Part shown: positions 1 to 9,897 of the stretch, piece after piece
How the letters are laid out: each line of letters starts with the position of its first letter
Position numbering within the stretch: the stretch's first letter is position 1
Source: Bacteroidota bacterium
GTDB taxonomy: Bacteria > Bacteroidota > Bacteroidia > Bacteroidales > GCA-2748055
Direction: 5' to 3'
NCBI GenBank assembly: GCA_002748055.1
Contig: PDRI01000095.1
Coordinates: 3,081-67,080 of the forward strand
Length of the DNA stretch: 64,000 nucleotides
The notes under the pieces: model-generated
The model's database searches: none
Told to the model about the DNA's origin: nothing
What the model saw: the letters and a program-made list of their open reading frames with translations, nothing else
Program-made: the position numbers and the translations under genes

Positions 1-3000
1 ACCGTCTTTCCCGCTCTGTCGGCCCAGGTTTACATTCACCAGCTTCCTGGCAGGATTCGGATACAATGCCAATGAAGCAAGTGGCGAACCAAAGATTCCG
101 TCAGGTCCTTTCTTTTTGTAGGCTACATTGGCCTGAAGAATCCGTTTCGAATTTCTGTCCTGGATAAAAGCAGCGACCCCCAGATCATCGACATCCTCAA
201 CATAGCTCTTATAGTCCCAGGTATTTGTTCTCACATCACTTTGTCCGAAAGACCAGCTGCTGCCAATCAGTTTCCCGGAAGGAGTTGGCAACATATCCAG
301 TACCACGTTCCTGAACTCCGTATCGCCATTCTCGCCGGTATAGGCCGTCACTTCACGCTCAAATACAACAACATACAGCTGAAGATTGTCCACATAGCTG
401 GCCACCCGGCAAGTGGTTGTAGTCGTGGCCTCAAGGCCGGAATCCTCCCAGTTTACACTGAGATCGAGATCAAATTCGGCGGGGTAGAGCGTTAAGCGAA
501 GCCCCTGTTCAAGTGCCCGGGTTGCTTTAACTCCTGCAAAATCGAAGCGATACTCAGGCTCAAATCCCCCATCCATCACCGCATAGGGTACGGTGGGAAT
601 CCCGTAGTTAAAGGCCCTGGTCTCTGGGGCAATCTGGTTGTTCTGATTCATGGGATCGTTCCCGGGATAGTCCATGTGGTATTGCAGATCAATCACATCG
701 TTATGATTCTCTTCAGCAAAAGCATCTACCAGCTCATCGGCATTCCTGGCGCTTAAATCTGCCGAATTCGTAAAATACTCCAGCACAGCCTTTCTGGTCC
801 GACGCTTGAAACTCACATTATCAAAAGCAAAGCCCTGGTTGCCTATTCCCTCCCGACCCTGGGTGCCAAGAATAACCCTGAACATCACACCAGGCTCACC
901 TGCAAGCTCTTTCAAACCATGAACAGCTGTTTGCCAATCAGTATCAGGATTAAAGACTTCGAGCCCCCAGGCCTCCTCACTGCCGCCGGGTTTGTTCACG
1001 ACTTGTGGAATATTGTACCAGCCTATCCCACTCTCCAATTCTCCAACCGTCTGCCAGCCATCTTCCCGGTTTAATTGGTACTGTAACACAGCTCCATCCC
1101 GCTCGGGTGCAAAGCTCCGCATCAGATCCATGCTAATCATGGGCCTGTCTATTTCACTGAAATCGTAGCAGGGACTCTGCACCCAGGAATGCTCTTCATA
1201 CCCAATCTGGGTTTCGGGAAGCCTGGTAAAGAAGGCCCTGTCGCCACTCGCCCCTTCAAATCCATCGAAATCAGGGGTTTCCCAAACCCAGCTGGAGACC
1301 TGGTCCTCAGACTCCATGGTCCATCCTCCAGTGCTTAGATCAAAGGCTTCTGTAAAGCCCGATTCAGAAAGCTTAACGGTTTGGCGAAGGTTTACATCCT
1401 TGGTGATACTGTCCATACAGCCTTCTGCTGTTCCGGTTAGTAATTCAACCCGGTACAAACCTGCCTGAGCAAAATCAAATTTTACAGAACCTGAGTCGGC
1501 CGCAACACCAATCTGTTGCAGCAAGCTCCCATCCTCGGCCATAAAGCTCCAGATGGCGGTGTCTGCAGGAGACTGGCCGGAAAGGGTGCGATCCATGAAC
1601 ACGAGGCCATCATCCTCCGGAAGACAATCACTCGTCCATGTGAAGTCTGCACTCAGGTATGTACCTATATGTTTATCCATTCGCTTCTCCGATAAACAGC
1701 CACTGGAGTCAATCGCCGACAAGAAGATACTGTAGGTTCCCGCGCGCTCATAGTGGTGGTCGGGGCTCACTACCCTGCTGGTATCAAGTGCTCCGCTACC
1801 AGGATCCCCGAAGGTCCAGAGCCAGTGCTTAACCCCAAGTTTTCCTTTTGTCAGATTCCGAAACCCGACAATGCCTCCGGTATCGGCAATGCAGGTGGCA
1901 TTCAAGCTGAAATCAACGACCGGAGCAGAAAGAATATCCAATTCGGTAAGGGAAGATGCCGAACAGCCATTTCCGGTAGTCACCCGACACAAGATGCTGT
2001 GCACACCCGGACTCACCTCCAGCGGATCGAAATAGTAACCACTATCGCTACTGATTACACCCGGGCCTTCGAAAACAACATCTTCCACATCGGCCTGTAA
2101 GGCTAGTAACCCGCTGTTCTGACAATAGGATTCCTCCAGCCCCAGAATGATGGGTGGGGAAATGGTTTCGACCGTGAAAGTCCGGCTCAGATTGAGGGTA
2201 GCTCCCCGGTCAACATAGGTATAGTGAATCGTATACTCCCCTTCGCTCAGATTGGCAGGATTGATCGATGCGGTGTTGTTCCCGTTGTCGGTCAGACCTC
2301 CTACCGGATTGCCTGAAGCATTTGTAAGACTGAATTGGCCGACAATGCCCGTAACATTCGATGCTGATGCCAGAAAGACCCCCCCATTTGCACAGACCCT
2401 GTCGTCCGGAATATATAAACCACCATTGTTTCCCAGCACAAATACCAGTGCTGTATCGTAGCTTACGCAGCCGTTTTGATTCACATAGGAATAGACAATG
2501 TCGTGCGGCGAGTTAATGGTATCTGCAATAGCCGGATCAAAAGTCCCGCTACCACTAAAAACACCCGGCCCGCTGAAAATGCCACCCGGGATATTCGCTT
2601 CAAGAATCACCGGATCGGCATCATAAGGATAAGCCGATGCCAGGTTGGTAATCTCGACATCCGTTACGGGATTTACGTTCAAGGTCACCACTCCACTGCC
2701 GGTATTTTCGACACCATTCACATCCCTTACCAGCAGAATCTGATAGGTGGTCGTGTCATCAGGCATGACCGGAAGACTGTAATTACTGACCGACACCTCT
2801 GTGTAGCTCATGGTATCGGTACCATCGCTAAGCTCGATATACCAGGGCTCCCTTCCATTCAGAAAAATGGTCAACTCTGCAATGTCTCCCCTGCATACCT
2901 CTGAGGTTCCGGCGAGCAAAGCAATGGGAAGGTCTGTATAGATTTCAAGTTCGTTTAGCTCGAGATCTTCAGCAGCTTCACACTCATTCCCCGCAGGATC

Positions 3001-6000
3001 GATTAAAACAACGCTGATATCGAGCATTCCGGGTGCAACATCGACATCTCCTTCATCCACCTCGTAAGCCAGCTCATACAAGCCATCTCCAAATTCAGTG
3101 AATGTAACCCTGTCCGAACTAATGGGAACTCCATTAATGATGGTACCTGTAGCAACGCCATAGCCTTCATCATCGGCCGTAATCGTAACCTGAACGATAC
3201 CCCCGACGCCTACTTCCAGATCCGGTACCTCGAGACGATCGACCACGGGTGGATTGGCATCGATAATCACTGCACCCACATTCTGTAACAATGCATAAGG
3301 TTCTCCGATGTTCCCTGAAGGTTTTGCAAGCACTACCGAAGCTTCAAGCTCACCTGGCATCACATCCGTCTCACCCTCCTCGACCGTGTACAGCAGGCGG
3401 TAATGTCCACCCCCAAGTTCAACAAACTGAATATTAGCACTATCTGCACTAATCCCATTCACCTGTGATTCCTCCAGTAAGCTATAACTTTCGCCGTCGG
3501 CCTGAATCAATATTTCCACAACATCACCAATCTTATATATACCGGCTTGTACGCTCATGGTTGTAATTTCGGGGTTGGCAGCATCAATGGGGTCGCTATC
3601 CTGAGTGATGAGTTCGTTGTAGGCAATCCCGTTTACCGTTCCGTCGGAAAGCACGAGTTGGGCAACCGGAATGTCTTCCTCGGGAAGGAAGGAGTCTCCC
3701 CCTTCAACAACCTCGAAATTAGCCAGGTAAGTAGTCTCGTCAACACGCTGTAAGTTGTAAAGCGAATAGCCGCCCAACGTACCCGATACCAGACTATAGC
3801 TGCTTCCTCCATCATGGAAAACACGGATGGTGGCCGAGATAATGTCCCCGATTTTCATCGCTGCATTCGGAATGCTCACATTGGTGACAGTGGGCAAACG
3901 ATGACTGACCACCACATCGAAACTGCAGACACTTTCATTACCGGATAAATCCGTAGCTGTATAGCTTACTTCGGTCGTTCCCAGGTTGAATTCACAGCTG
4001 CCCAGATAGTTGATCCCTGTGCCTGGAGAGGATCCGATGGTAGCTCCGTCTAATTCCCAAACCAGGCTCAGCAGATCGCAATTGTCCTCAACAACGGGGT
4101 CCTCAACAAGAAGCAGCGAACTGTTTTCGTTCCTTTCGATGGTATCATGAACGTCTTCGGGACAGCTGGTGAACACCGGAGCTTCATCATCTTCTACTGT
4201 GATTGTCACAAAATTCGATGCGATCTCACCACATTCCACAGTGGCCATTCTCAGATAGAAGGTAGTCTCCGGGAGGCCTTCCGGAGGATCGTAGGAAAGG
4301 CCTGTTGCCCCTGCAATATCACTGAAAACACCACCAGCGGGACGCGATTTCCATTGATAGCTCCAATTACCGGAGCCTCCACTGGCTGCAGTCAGTGAAT
4401 TAATCTCTTCGGGATCACCCAGGGGACAGATCTCCTGGTCGCTTCCGATGGTTCCTCCATCCAGGACTTCGTTTACAACAACCGTTTCAACGGCTGAATA
4501 AGCGGAAGTTCCTGCCGAATTGTAGGCCAGAACCCGGTAGTAGTAGGTTGTCAGATTCTCTGTATTCAGATCTGTCCATTCCTCGCTATCTGCGGAGAGA
4601 TCCGCTACAACAGTGTAGGCTGCCACTCCCTGTTCCCTCCGCTGAACAATAAACCCGGCTTCGTTATCACTGTTATCGGTCCAGATCAGATCGACAGAAC
4701 AGACATTGTTCGCACTACCCTGTAAATCGCTTGGAGCTTCGGGTGGTGCAAGCTCGGTCATCGCATTTCCGGTAGCCGGGGCCGATGCACCTGCCAGGTT
4801 CTCGGCATACACCCTGTAGTAATAGCGCTTGTTGTCGTCCAATCCAGTGTCTTCAAAGGAAGTAACATTCTCGCCAACACTTCCGACTTCTGTATAACTG
4901 CCAAAAACCGAATTAGCCCTGTAAATGGAAAACTCATCCTCGTTGAAGGAATTGTCGTTCCAGGAAAGAACCATCGACGACGAGGTAATCTCACTAAAGT
5001 CCAGTCCGTCCGGAGCCACTGGAAGGGTAGGCATCGTTGTAGCCGATGCACTGGCATAGCTGTCCGAACTTCCTCCGGAATTAAATGCATAGACCCTGTA
5101 ATTGTAGCTGGTCTCTTCCAGAAGCGATGTTGAGACATAGCTAGTTACATTGGCTGCAACCTTCCCGTCTTTGACAAAGAGGCCTGATTCAGCAGTCGAG
5201 CGGTAAATCTCAAAGCCTTCTTCATCGTTTGAATTGTCTGTCCAGAACAATTCAACAGAGGATGCAGTAATCGATCCGGTGGATAGATTTGAAGGGCTGC
5301 TGGGGGGAAGTGGAAGGGTGCGCACTGAAGCCTGGCTAAAGTCTGAACTTCCTCCTGCATTCACAGCATAAACCCTGTAATAATAGCGCCGATAGGGTGT
5401 GAGGCCCGTATCAGTAAAACGCGTCACATCGGCCCCGACAGATCCTACAACCTGATACAAAAAGCTTGAATAGCGTGAGCGCTCAATCCGGAAGCCGGTT
5501 TCATTGTCAGAATTGTCCTCCCAGACAACATCCAGGCTGGTGCTGCCGATATTCTCAAAATCAACCAAAGAGGGCTTAGCAGGCGGATCGGGCAGGGTCG
5601 TCTCACTTCCGTGAGCATAGCTACTGGATTGTTCAAAGCCCTTATAAGCGAAAACCCTGAAGTAGTATTGGGTATTGCTGACCAGACCGGAAGCCAGATA
5701 GGTGGTCACATTTGCTCCGACACTCCCGATTAAAAGCCAGGAGCCGAAGATGCTTGTTCGGGCATAGATACGAAAACCTGTCTCATCCGTTGAATGATCG
5801 TCCCAGATGAGCTCAATCGAATTATTTGTTACTTCCCCAAAACGCAGATTACTTGGTCCGATTGGTGGTGCAGCCAGGGTAGTGACATTGCCGGAAGCCG
5901 GACCAGAACTACCTCCTGTGTTCACAGCATAGACCCTGTAGAAGTAGTCTGTCAATGGCGTTATTTCATTGGTATCCAGATAGCTTACTTCATCGGCCGG

Positions 6001-7455
6001 GGTGGTACCCACCTGATTGTAATCCCCCTCTTCAGAAAGTGCCCTGTGAATCGTGAACCAATCTTCATTGTCGGCATTGTCGGTCCAACTCATCGATACC
6101 GAAGCGCTGGAGACCCCTGAAAAGGCGAGATCTGTGGGTGCGGCTGGTGCCGACGGAAGGGTTGTTTCATTGCCCTCGAGAACCGAAGATGAACCGGCTG
6201 CATTCAGTGCTACAATGCGAAAATAATACGTGGTTTCTTCCGAAAGGCCCGTTACCGTAAAAGTCGTAACATCCGTTCCCACACTACCCTGGGAGCTAAA
6301 GCCCCCGGACGAACCGGTCGACATAAATATCTCAAAAGAATCCTCGTTATCGGAGTTGTCGGTCCAGTTTAAGGTAATCGATGAAGAAGTAACAGCACTA
6401 AAGACAAGATCGCCCGGGGCAGCAGGAATCTCGGGGTCTGTTGTGACTTCCAGCACTTCCGTATAGGCCGAAGGCCCGACATTATTCACAGCCCGGACAC
6501 GGAAATAATACGTGGTCGCTGCACTAAGCGAAGTAAGCGTATAAGATGTAAGATCCGGTTCCGTGGTATGGACCGGGCTGAAATCCCCGTCATTGCCTGT
6601 CAGTGACTGTTCAATTTCAAAGCCATTCTCATCCGATGAATTGTCGTTCCAATTCAACTCAATGCTGCTACTGGTGACCGCAGCACTCGCAAGCATATCC
6701 GGAGCATCGGGAAGGCCGTTCAGGTAGTCGGCCACGGCAAGGGCCCATGCCTTACCCATTTTGTCGTATCCCGATTGCAATAAGTGGATGCCATCAGCTT
6801 CAAAGTCTCCGGGATAGTCAATCCCTGCACCAAGTTCCATATCTACCAGAACAAGCCCTGGATCACCCCTGTCAGCTACCATCAGCGCAATATTGTCGTT
6901 CAGATCGCTAATGTCTGAACTGAGTGGATAGGTGTTTACGATACGAGCCACAAAGACCTGCACATGTTTTCCATTAGCCACTTCCCACGCGTCAATCTCA
7001 TCCAGAATCCGGGCGATGGTATCGGCCGAACTTCCCTCTCCATCCAGTACATCGTTCGTGCCAATATGCAACAGAACAATGTCGGGTGAATAGACATCCA
7101 GATAAGGCTGCCCTCCGGTGGAATAAGCTTCTTCGATGTCCTCCCCGGTCTGCAACAGGTTCAGCACATTGGAATCGGAAGTATTCGGAATACCCGCATG
7201 CTCGGTATCGGTCATCAAAAGAGAACCCGAGGACTTATGTCCGATCATATCGCTGCTGTACCCCTCCGCTGTGAGGCTGTCTTTTAAAACAAGACGATAG
7301 GAGACCCTCTCCTCCATCGGAAGAGAACCCCGGCCTTCGGTAAGCGAATTGCCCAGTGGAAGAATTTTTACAGATTGCCCCGCAGCAATCGCTGAAGACA
7401 GCAGGAGCAGAAACATTATCGGCGTGATCAGGGCCTGGATGTATGACTTTTTCAT
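1..7455 (-). CDS. Partial (3'-truncated by the window edge) giant secreted protein of at least 2485 aa. Order: signal peptide, SGNH/GDSL hydrolase, 8 FN3-like repeats, HYR-like domain, three ~95-aa Ig-like modules, PKD-like domain, and the start of a T9SS C-terminal sorting domain.
   Basis: Not in the supplied ORF track. Manual reverse-strand translation from the ATG at 7455..7453 stays in the frame that ends exactly at base 1 (7455 = 3 x 2485), and I saw no stop. The N-terminus MKKSYIQALITPIMFLLLLSSAIAAGQ looks like a signal peptide. SGNH blocks: LPLGNSLTEG, LLHIGTNDV, DGIHLLQSGYDKMG. There are eight ~93-aa units with W(T/N)DNS.(N/D)E.GF.I.R and YY(Y/F)RV.A.N..G.S. HYR-like: APVFTSCPEDV...VEDNCD...TATDLSGNESVCSFDVVV. 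PKD-like: WLWTFGDPGSG...HHYERAGTYSIFL. The tail LYPNPARKLVNVNL sits at bases ~1-60. Confidence 0.85.
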   Translation of the reverse strand, partial: MKKSYIQALITPIMFLLLLSSAIAAGQSVKILPLGNSLTEGRGSLPMEERVSYRLVLKDSLTAEGYSSDMIGHKSSGSLLMTDTEHAGIPNTSDSNVLNLLQTGEDIEEAYSTGGQPYLDVYSPDIVLLHIGTNDVLDGEGSSADTIARILDEIDAWEVANGKHVQVFVARIVNTYPLSSDISDLNDNIALMVADRGDPGLVLVDMELGAGIDYPGDFEADGIHLLQSGYDKMGKAWALAVADYLNGLPDAPDMLASAAVTSSSIELNWNDNSSDENGFEIEQSLTGNDGDFSPVHTTEPDLTSYTLTSLSAATTYYFRVRAVNNVGPSAYTEVLEVTTDPEIPAAPGDLVFSAVTSSSITLNWTDNSDNEDSFEIFMSTGSSGGFSSQGSVGTDVTTFTVTGLSEETTYYFRIVALNAAGSSSVLEGNETTLPSAPAAPTDLAFSGVSSASVSMSWTDNADNEDWFTIHRALSEEGDYNQVGTTPADEVSYLDTNEITPLTDYFYRVYAVNTGGSSGPASGNVTTLAAPPIGPSNLRFGEVTNNSIELIWDDHSTDETGFRIYARTSIFGSWLLIGSVGANVTTYLASGLVSNTQYYFRVFAYKGFEQSSSYAHGSETTLPDPPAKPSLVDFENIGSTSLDVVWEDNSDNETGFRIERSRYSSFLYQVVGSVGADVTRFTDTGLTPYRRYYYRVYAVNAGGSSDFSQASVRTLPLPPSSPSNLSTGSITASSVELFWTDNSNDEEGFEIYRSTAESGLFVKDGKVAANVTSYVSTSLLEETSYNYRVYAFNSGGSSDSYASASATTMPTLPVAPDGLDFSEITSSSMVLSWNDNSFNEDEFSIYRANSVFGSYTEVGSVGENVTSFEDTGLDDNKRYYYRVYAENLAGASAPATGNAMTELAPPEAPSDLQGSANNVCSVDLIWTDNSDNEAGFIVQRREQGVAAYTVVADLSADSEEWTDLNTENLTTYYYRVLAYNSAGTSAYSAVETVVVNEVLDGGTIGSDQEICPLGDPEEINSLTAASGGSGNWSYQWKSRPAGGVFSDIAGATGLSYDPPEGLPETTFYLRMATVECGEIASNFVTITVEDDEAPVFTSCPEDVHDTIERNENSSLLLVEDPVVEDNCDLLSLVWELDGATIGSSPGTGINYLGSCEFNLGTTEVSYTATDLSGNESVCSFDVVVSHRLPTVTNVSIPNAAMKIGDIISATIRVFHDGGSSYSLVSGTLGGYSLYNLQRVDETTYLANFEVVEGGDSFLPEEDIPVAQLVLSDGTVNGIAYNELITQDSDPIDAANPEITTMSVQAGIYKIGDVVEILIQADGESYSLLEESQVNGISADSANIQFVELGGGHYRLLYTVEEGETDVMPGELEASVVLAKPSGNIGEPYALLQNVGAVIIDANPPVVDRLEVPDLEVGVGGIVQVTITADDEGYGVATGTIINGVPISSDRVTFTEFGDGLYELAYEVDEGDVDVAPGMLDISVVLIDPAGNECEAAEDLELNELEIYTDLPIALLAGTSEVCRGDIAELTIFLNGREPWYIELSDGTDTMSYTEVSVSNYSLPVMPDDTTTYQILLVRDVNGVENTGSGVVTLNVNPVTDVEITNLASAYPYDADPVILEANIPGGIFSGPGVFSGSGTFDPAIADTINSPHDIVYSYVNQNGCVSYDTALVFVLGNNGGLYIPDDRVCANGGVFLASASNVTGIVGQFSLTNASGNPVGGLTDNGNNTASINPANLSEGEYTIHYTYVDRGATLNLSRTFTVETISPPIILGLEESYCQNSGLLALQADVEDVVFEGPGVISSDSGYYFDPLEVSPGVHSILCRVTTGNGCSASSLTELDILSAPVVDFSLNATCIADTGGIVGFRNLTKGKLGVKHWLWTFGDPGSGALDTSRVVSPDHHYERAGTYSIFLSAIDSSGCLSEKRMDKHIGTYLSADFTWTSDCLPEDDGLVFMDRTLSGQSPADTAIWSFMAEDGSLLQQIGVAADSGSVKFDFAQAGLYRVELLTGTAEGCMDSITKDVNLRQTVKLSESGFTEAFDLSTGGWTMESEDQVSSWVWETPDFDGFEGASGDRAFFTRLPETQIGYEEHSWVQSPCYDFSEIDRPMISMDLMRSFAPERDGAVLQYQLNREDGWQTVGELESGIGWYNIPQVVNKPGGSEEAWGLEVFNPDTDWQTAVHGLKELAGEPGVMFRVILGTQGREGIGNQGFAFDNVSFKRRTRKAVLEYFTNSADLSARNADELVDAFAEENHNDVIDLQYHMDYPGNDPMNQNNQIAPETRAFNYGIPTVPYAVMDGGFEPEYRFDFAGVKATRALEQGLRLTLYPAEFDLDLSVNWEDSGLEATTTTTCRVASYVDNLQLYVVVFEREVTAYTGENGDTEFRNVVLDMLPTPSGKLIGSSWSFGQSDVRTNTWDYKSYVEDVDDLGVAAFIQDRNSKRILQANVAYKKKGPDGIFGSPLASLALYPNPARKLVNVNLGRQSGKDG
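4474..6711 (-). repeat. In-frame tandem array of 8 fibronectin type III-like domains (~93 aa each) inside the giant minus-strand CDS.
   Basis: The signature recurs eight times in the manual translation: S(S/A)(I/V).L.W.DNS.NE.GF.I.R ... T.Y.(D/V)..L...T.YYYRV.A.N..G.S. 2238 bp / 8 = ~280 bp per unit. Confidence 0.8.
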
Positions 7456-7859
7456 GTGCTTGATTTTGCTTTCGAAATGCCTCCGGATTGGGTCCCTGGA
7501 GTGCACCTATACAAATCTAAAAGATTTTTGCTGCTGTCTGAGTCCTATTTGATTAACCCGATCAATTCTGCCATGAATTACGATGAAAAGCCCGGCAGAA
7601 AGAAATCTGTCCATCTGACAATTTATAAAATACTGTTATTCTGCGTATTATACAATCTCTCCCAAGCTTTATCCTGCACGAGTCAAAAACAGAAAAATCA
7701 ACAGCGATCAGAATTCATCAACGAAATTCTTCCATTTATACCGAAATTTTAACAGTTCGTCCAAATCAAGCTGTATCCGGAGAAATGCTCCCCGTGACGG
7801 AACAGCTATAACTGCACTTCGATGGCGACTTTTTCCATTGATTAGGACGGTGAGAATAC

Positions 7860-7867
7860 TATCTTTG
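7860..7867 (+). promoter_or_regulatory. Candidate Bacteroidota -7 promoter box (TAnnTTTG).
   Basis: TATCTTTG lies 34 bp upstream of the ATG at 7901, inside a 445-bp divergent intergenic region. Confidence 0.35.
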
Positions 7868-7900
7868 TACTCCCTTTGACGGAGTCAGGGGATCGTTGTT

Positions 7901-8923
7901 ATGAAAGAAGGCGTTAGTGTCATTATATGTTGCTACAACAGTGAGCAACGCATTGGAAAGGTGCTTTCCCACCTTTCGCTCCAGGAGGAAACCGATGGCT
8001 TCGATTGGGAAATCATCGTTGTGGACAATGCCTCAAGCGATCGCACCGCAGAGGTAGCCAGACAGAACTGGCAGAGAGCGGAGGTGGCTTTTCAGATCGT
8101 TCATGAGCCGGAGCCTGGCTTAAGCAATGCCAGAAAGCGGGGACTGGCTTCAGCTGCTTATGACATCATCGTTTTTGTGGATGACGACAATTTACTCGCA
8201 GCTCAATACATCGCCAGGGCCTATCAGATTATGAGGCAACACCCGGAGGTTGGTTTGGCTGGTGGATTGGGCAAAGCAGTATCCACCATTCCCCTGCCTG
8301 CCTGGTTCAGGGAATATGAGAGTGCTTATGCAGTAGGAGAGCAAAGCCATGAAGCGGGCTATCTGCCTTCTGAGAGGACCTACCTTCATGGCGCGGGTGT
8401 GGTCATGAGAAAAGATGCCTGGGACCGCATTCTGGACAGGGGCTTTCACTTCATGCTTTCCGGACGAAAGGGAAAATCGCTCAGCTCAGGTGAAGATTCC
8501 GAAATCAGTTATGCCTTTCGTTTAGCCGGCTACAGACTGTGGTACGATCCCAAGCTGTGCTTTGATCATCTGCTCGGAGAGAGCCGCCTGCAATGGCCCT
8601 ATCTGCTGAAACTTGCCCGGGCTTTTGGACACAGTTTCGTCGCATTGGAACTATACAGAAAAGAACTCATGGAGCTCAGAGGCTGGGAAGCACGTAAAAC
8701 GGATTCCCTTTGCCTGGGCTTTCTTGTCAACTTATACCATCTGCTTAAACTCTATCCCCGCTACCTTCGTTGTAAAACCAAAAATGCAGAAGGATGCCAG
8801 GATGAAATGAGTTTCCATTACAGAAAGGGGATTATGCAGGCGCAAGTTCAAAGCATCGGAAGCTTTGGCTCGTTAAAAAAAGAGCTGAAAACCCTGCACC
8901 GTCAGCTTGCCATAAAACCCTAA
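7901..8923 (+). CDS. Family 2 glycosyltransferase (GT-A fold).
   Basis: 340-aa ORF. N-terminus VSVIICCYNSEQRIGKVLSHL...WEIIVVDNASSDRTAEVA, followed by the DDD motif VFVDDDN. This is a typical GT2 signature. Confidence 0.85.
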   Translation: MKEGVSVIICCYNSEQRIGKVLSHLSLQEETDGFDWEIIVVDNASSDRTAEVARQNWQRAEVAFQIVHEPEPGLSNARKRGLASAAYDIIVFVDDDNLLAAQYIARAYQIMRQHPEVGLAGGLGKAVSTIPLPAWFREYESAYAVGEQSHEAGYLPSERTYLHGAGVVMRKDAWDRILDRGFHFMLSGRKGKSLSSGEDSEISYAFRLAGYRLWYDPKLCFDHLLGESRLQWPYLLKLARAFGHSFVALELYRKELMELRGWEARKTDSLCLGFLVNLYHLLKLYPRYLRCKTKNAEGCQDEMSFHYRKGIMQAQVQSIGSFGSLKKELKTLHRQLAIKP

Positions 8924-8963
8924 ATACAAAACCAGATTCCAGTTACAAAAATCCAACTTAGCT

Positions 8964-9875
8964 ATGTTTAACGACCTCACCATTGCACTTCCTGTATACA
9001 AAAGAACGGACTTCGTAAGAAAAGCTCTTGACAGTGCTGTAAACCAGACCGTAGCTTGTAAAATCGTATTAATCGACAACAACTCACCCCATGATGATTT
9101 CAAGCGCATCGTGGAAAGCTATAACAATCCGAACATCAAGTATGTCAAAACGGAAACAACCGTACCCCAGGATGAAAACTTCAACAACTGTTTCAGGTAT
9201 TCCGATACCACCTGGGTAACCGTTCTTCATGACGACGACATGCTTCATTGCCAATACGTGGAGTTTTGCCAGAAAATCATTCAGGAAAGGCAGGACCACA
9301 TTGGCGGTATTATTTACCAGTGCCATGTAAGTGAAGAAGAATGGAAAGAGGTGGATAAGCCCACCAGCCTCACCTCCTCGATCCGGAAGCTGAATCCGGC
9401 CTATTTTCACTTTCACAACATCCCCTTCCCTTCTGTACTTGTAAAACGCGAAACTGCGCTTGAGCTGGGGGGGTTTATTAACGACCTGCATCCCATTGCC
9501 GACTTCGATTTCTGGTACAGGTATACCAAACGGGAACAGGTTTACTTTGTGGATCAGCAAATGGCCTATTTCCGGATTTCCCCCATGCAATCGACCAACC
9601 ACCTAATTGAAGCCATGATCAATAACATCTACGACTACCGAATGCGGGAGATCGCCGCCAGTAAACACAATACCAAGAGGGCCAGACTCTGCGTGGAATA
9701 TGTGCGGGTGGTAAATATCGACTATTTCCTGGGCACCTATCCAAACCTGATCATCCCCGAATACATCCTGAACGATAAAAATGTTCAGCGCACCCGGAAG
9801 CGGATGAAATCGAGCCTGTACCGAAAATACATGGAACGTTATATGCGAAAGTTGTCCTTCGGCCCTCAATCCTAA
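8964..9875 (+). CDS. Family 2 glycosyltransferase.
   Basis: 303-aa ORF. LTIALPVYKRTDFVRKALDSAVNQT...IVLIDNNSPHDD and LHDDDM. It starts 40 bp after the previous GT2. Confidence 0.8.
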   Translation: MFNDLTIALPVYKRTDFVRKALDSAVNQTVACKIVLIDNNSPHDDFKRIVESYNNPNIKYVKTETTVPQDENFNNCFRYSDTTWVTVLHDDDMLHCQYVEFCQKIIQERQDHIGGIIYQCHVSEEEWKEVDKPTSLTSSIRKLNPAYFHFHNIPFPSVLVKRETALELGGFINDLHPIADFDFWYRYTKREQVYFVDQQMAYFRISPMQSTNHLIEAMINNIYDYRMREIAASKHNTKRARLCVEYVRVVNIDYFLGTYPNLIIPEYILNDKNVQRTRKRMKSSLYRKYMERYMRKLSFGPQS

Positions 9876-9897
9876 CCTATTAAAACGAAACATTACA

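Noticed and set aside
7456-7752. 98-aa ORF (and 7349..7552) in the 445-bp divergent intergenic region.
   Set aside because: It overlaps the start of the giant minus-strand gene and an AT-rich promoter region. It has no motif and an implausible composition, so it is likely non-coding.
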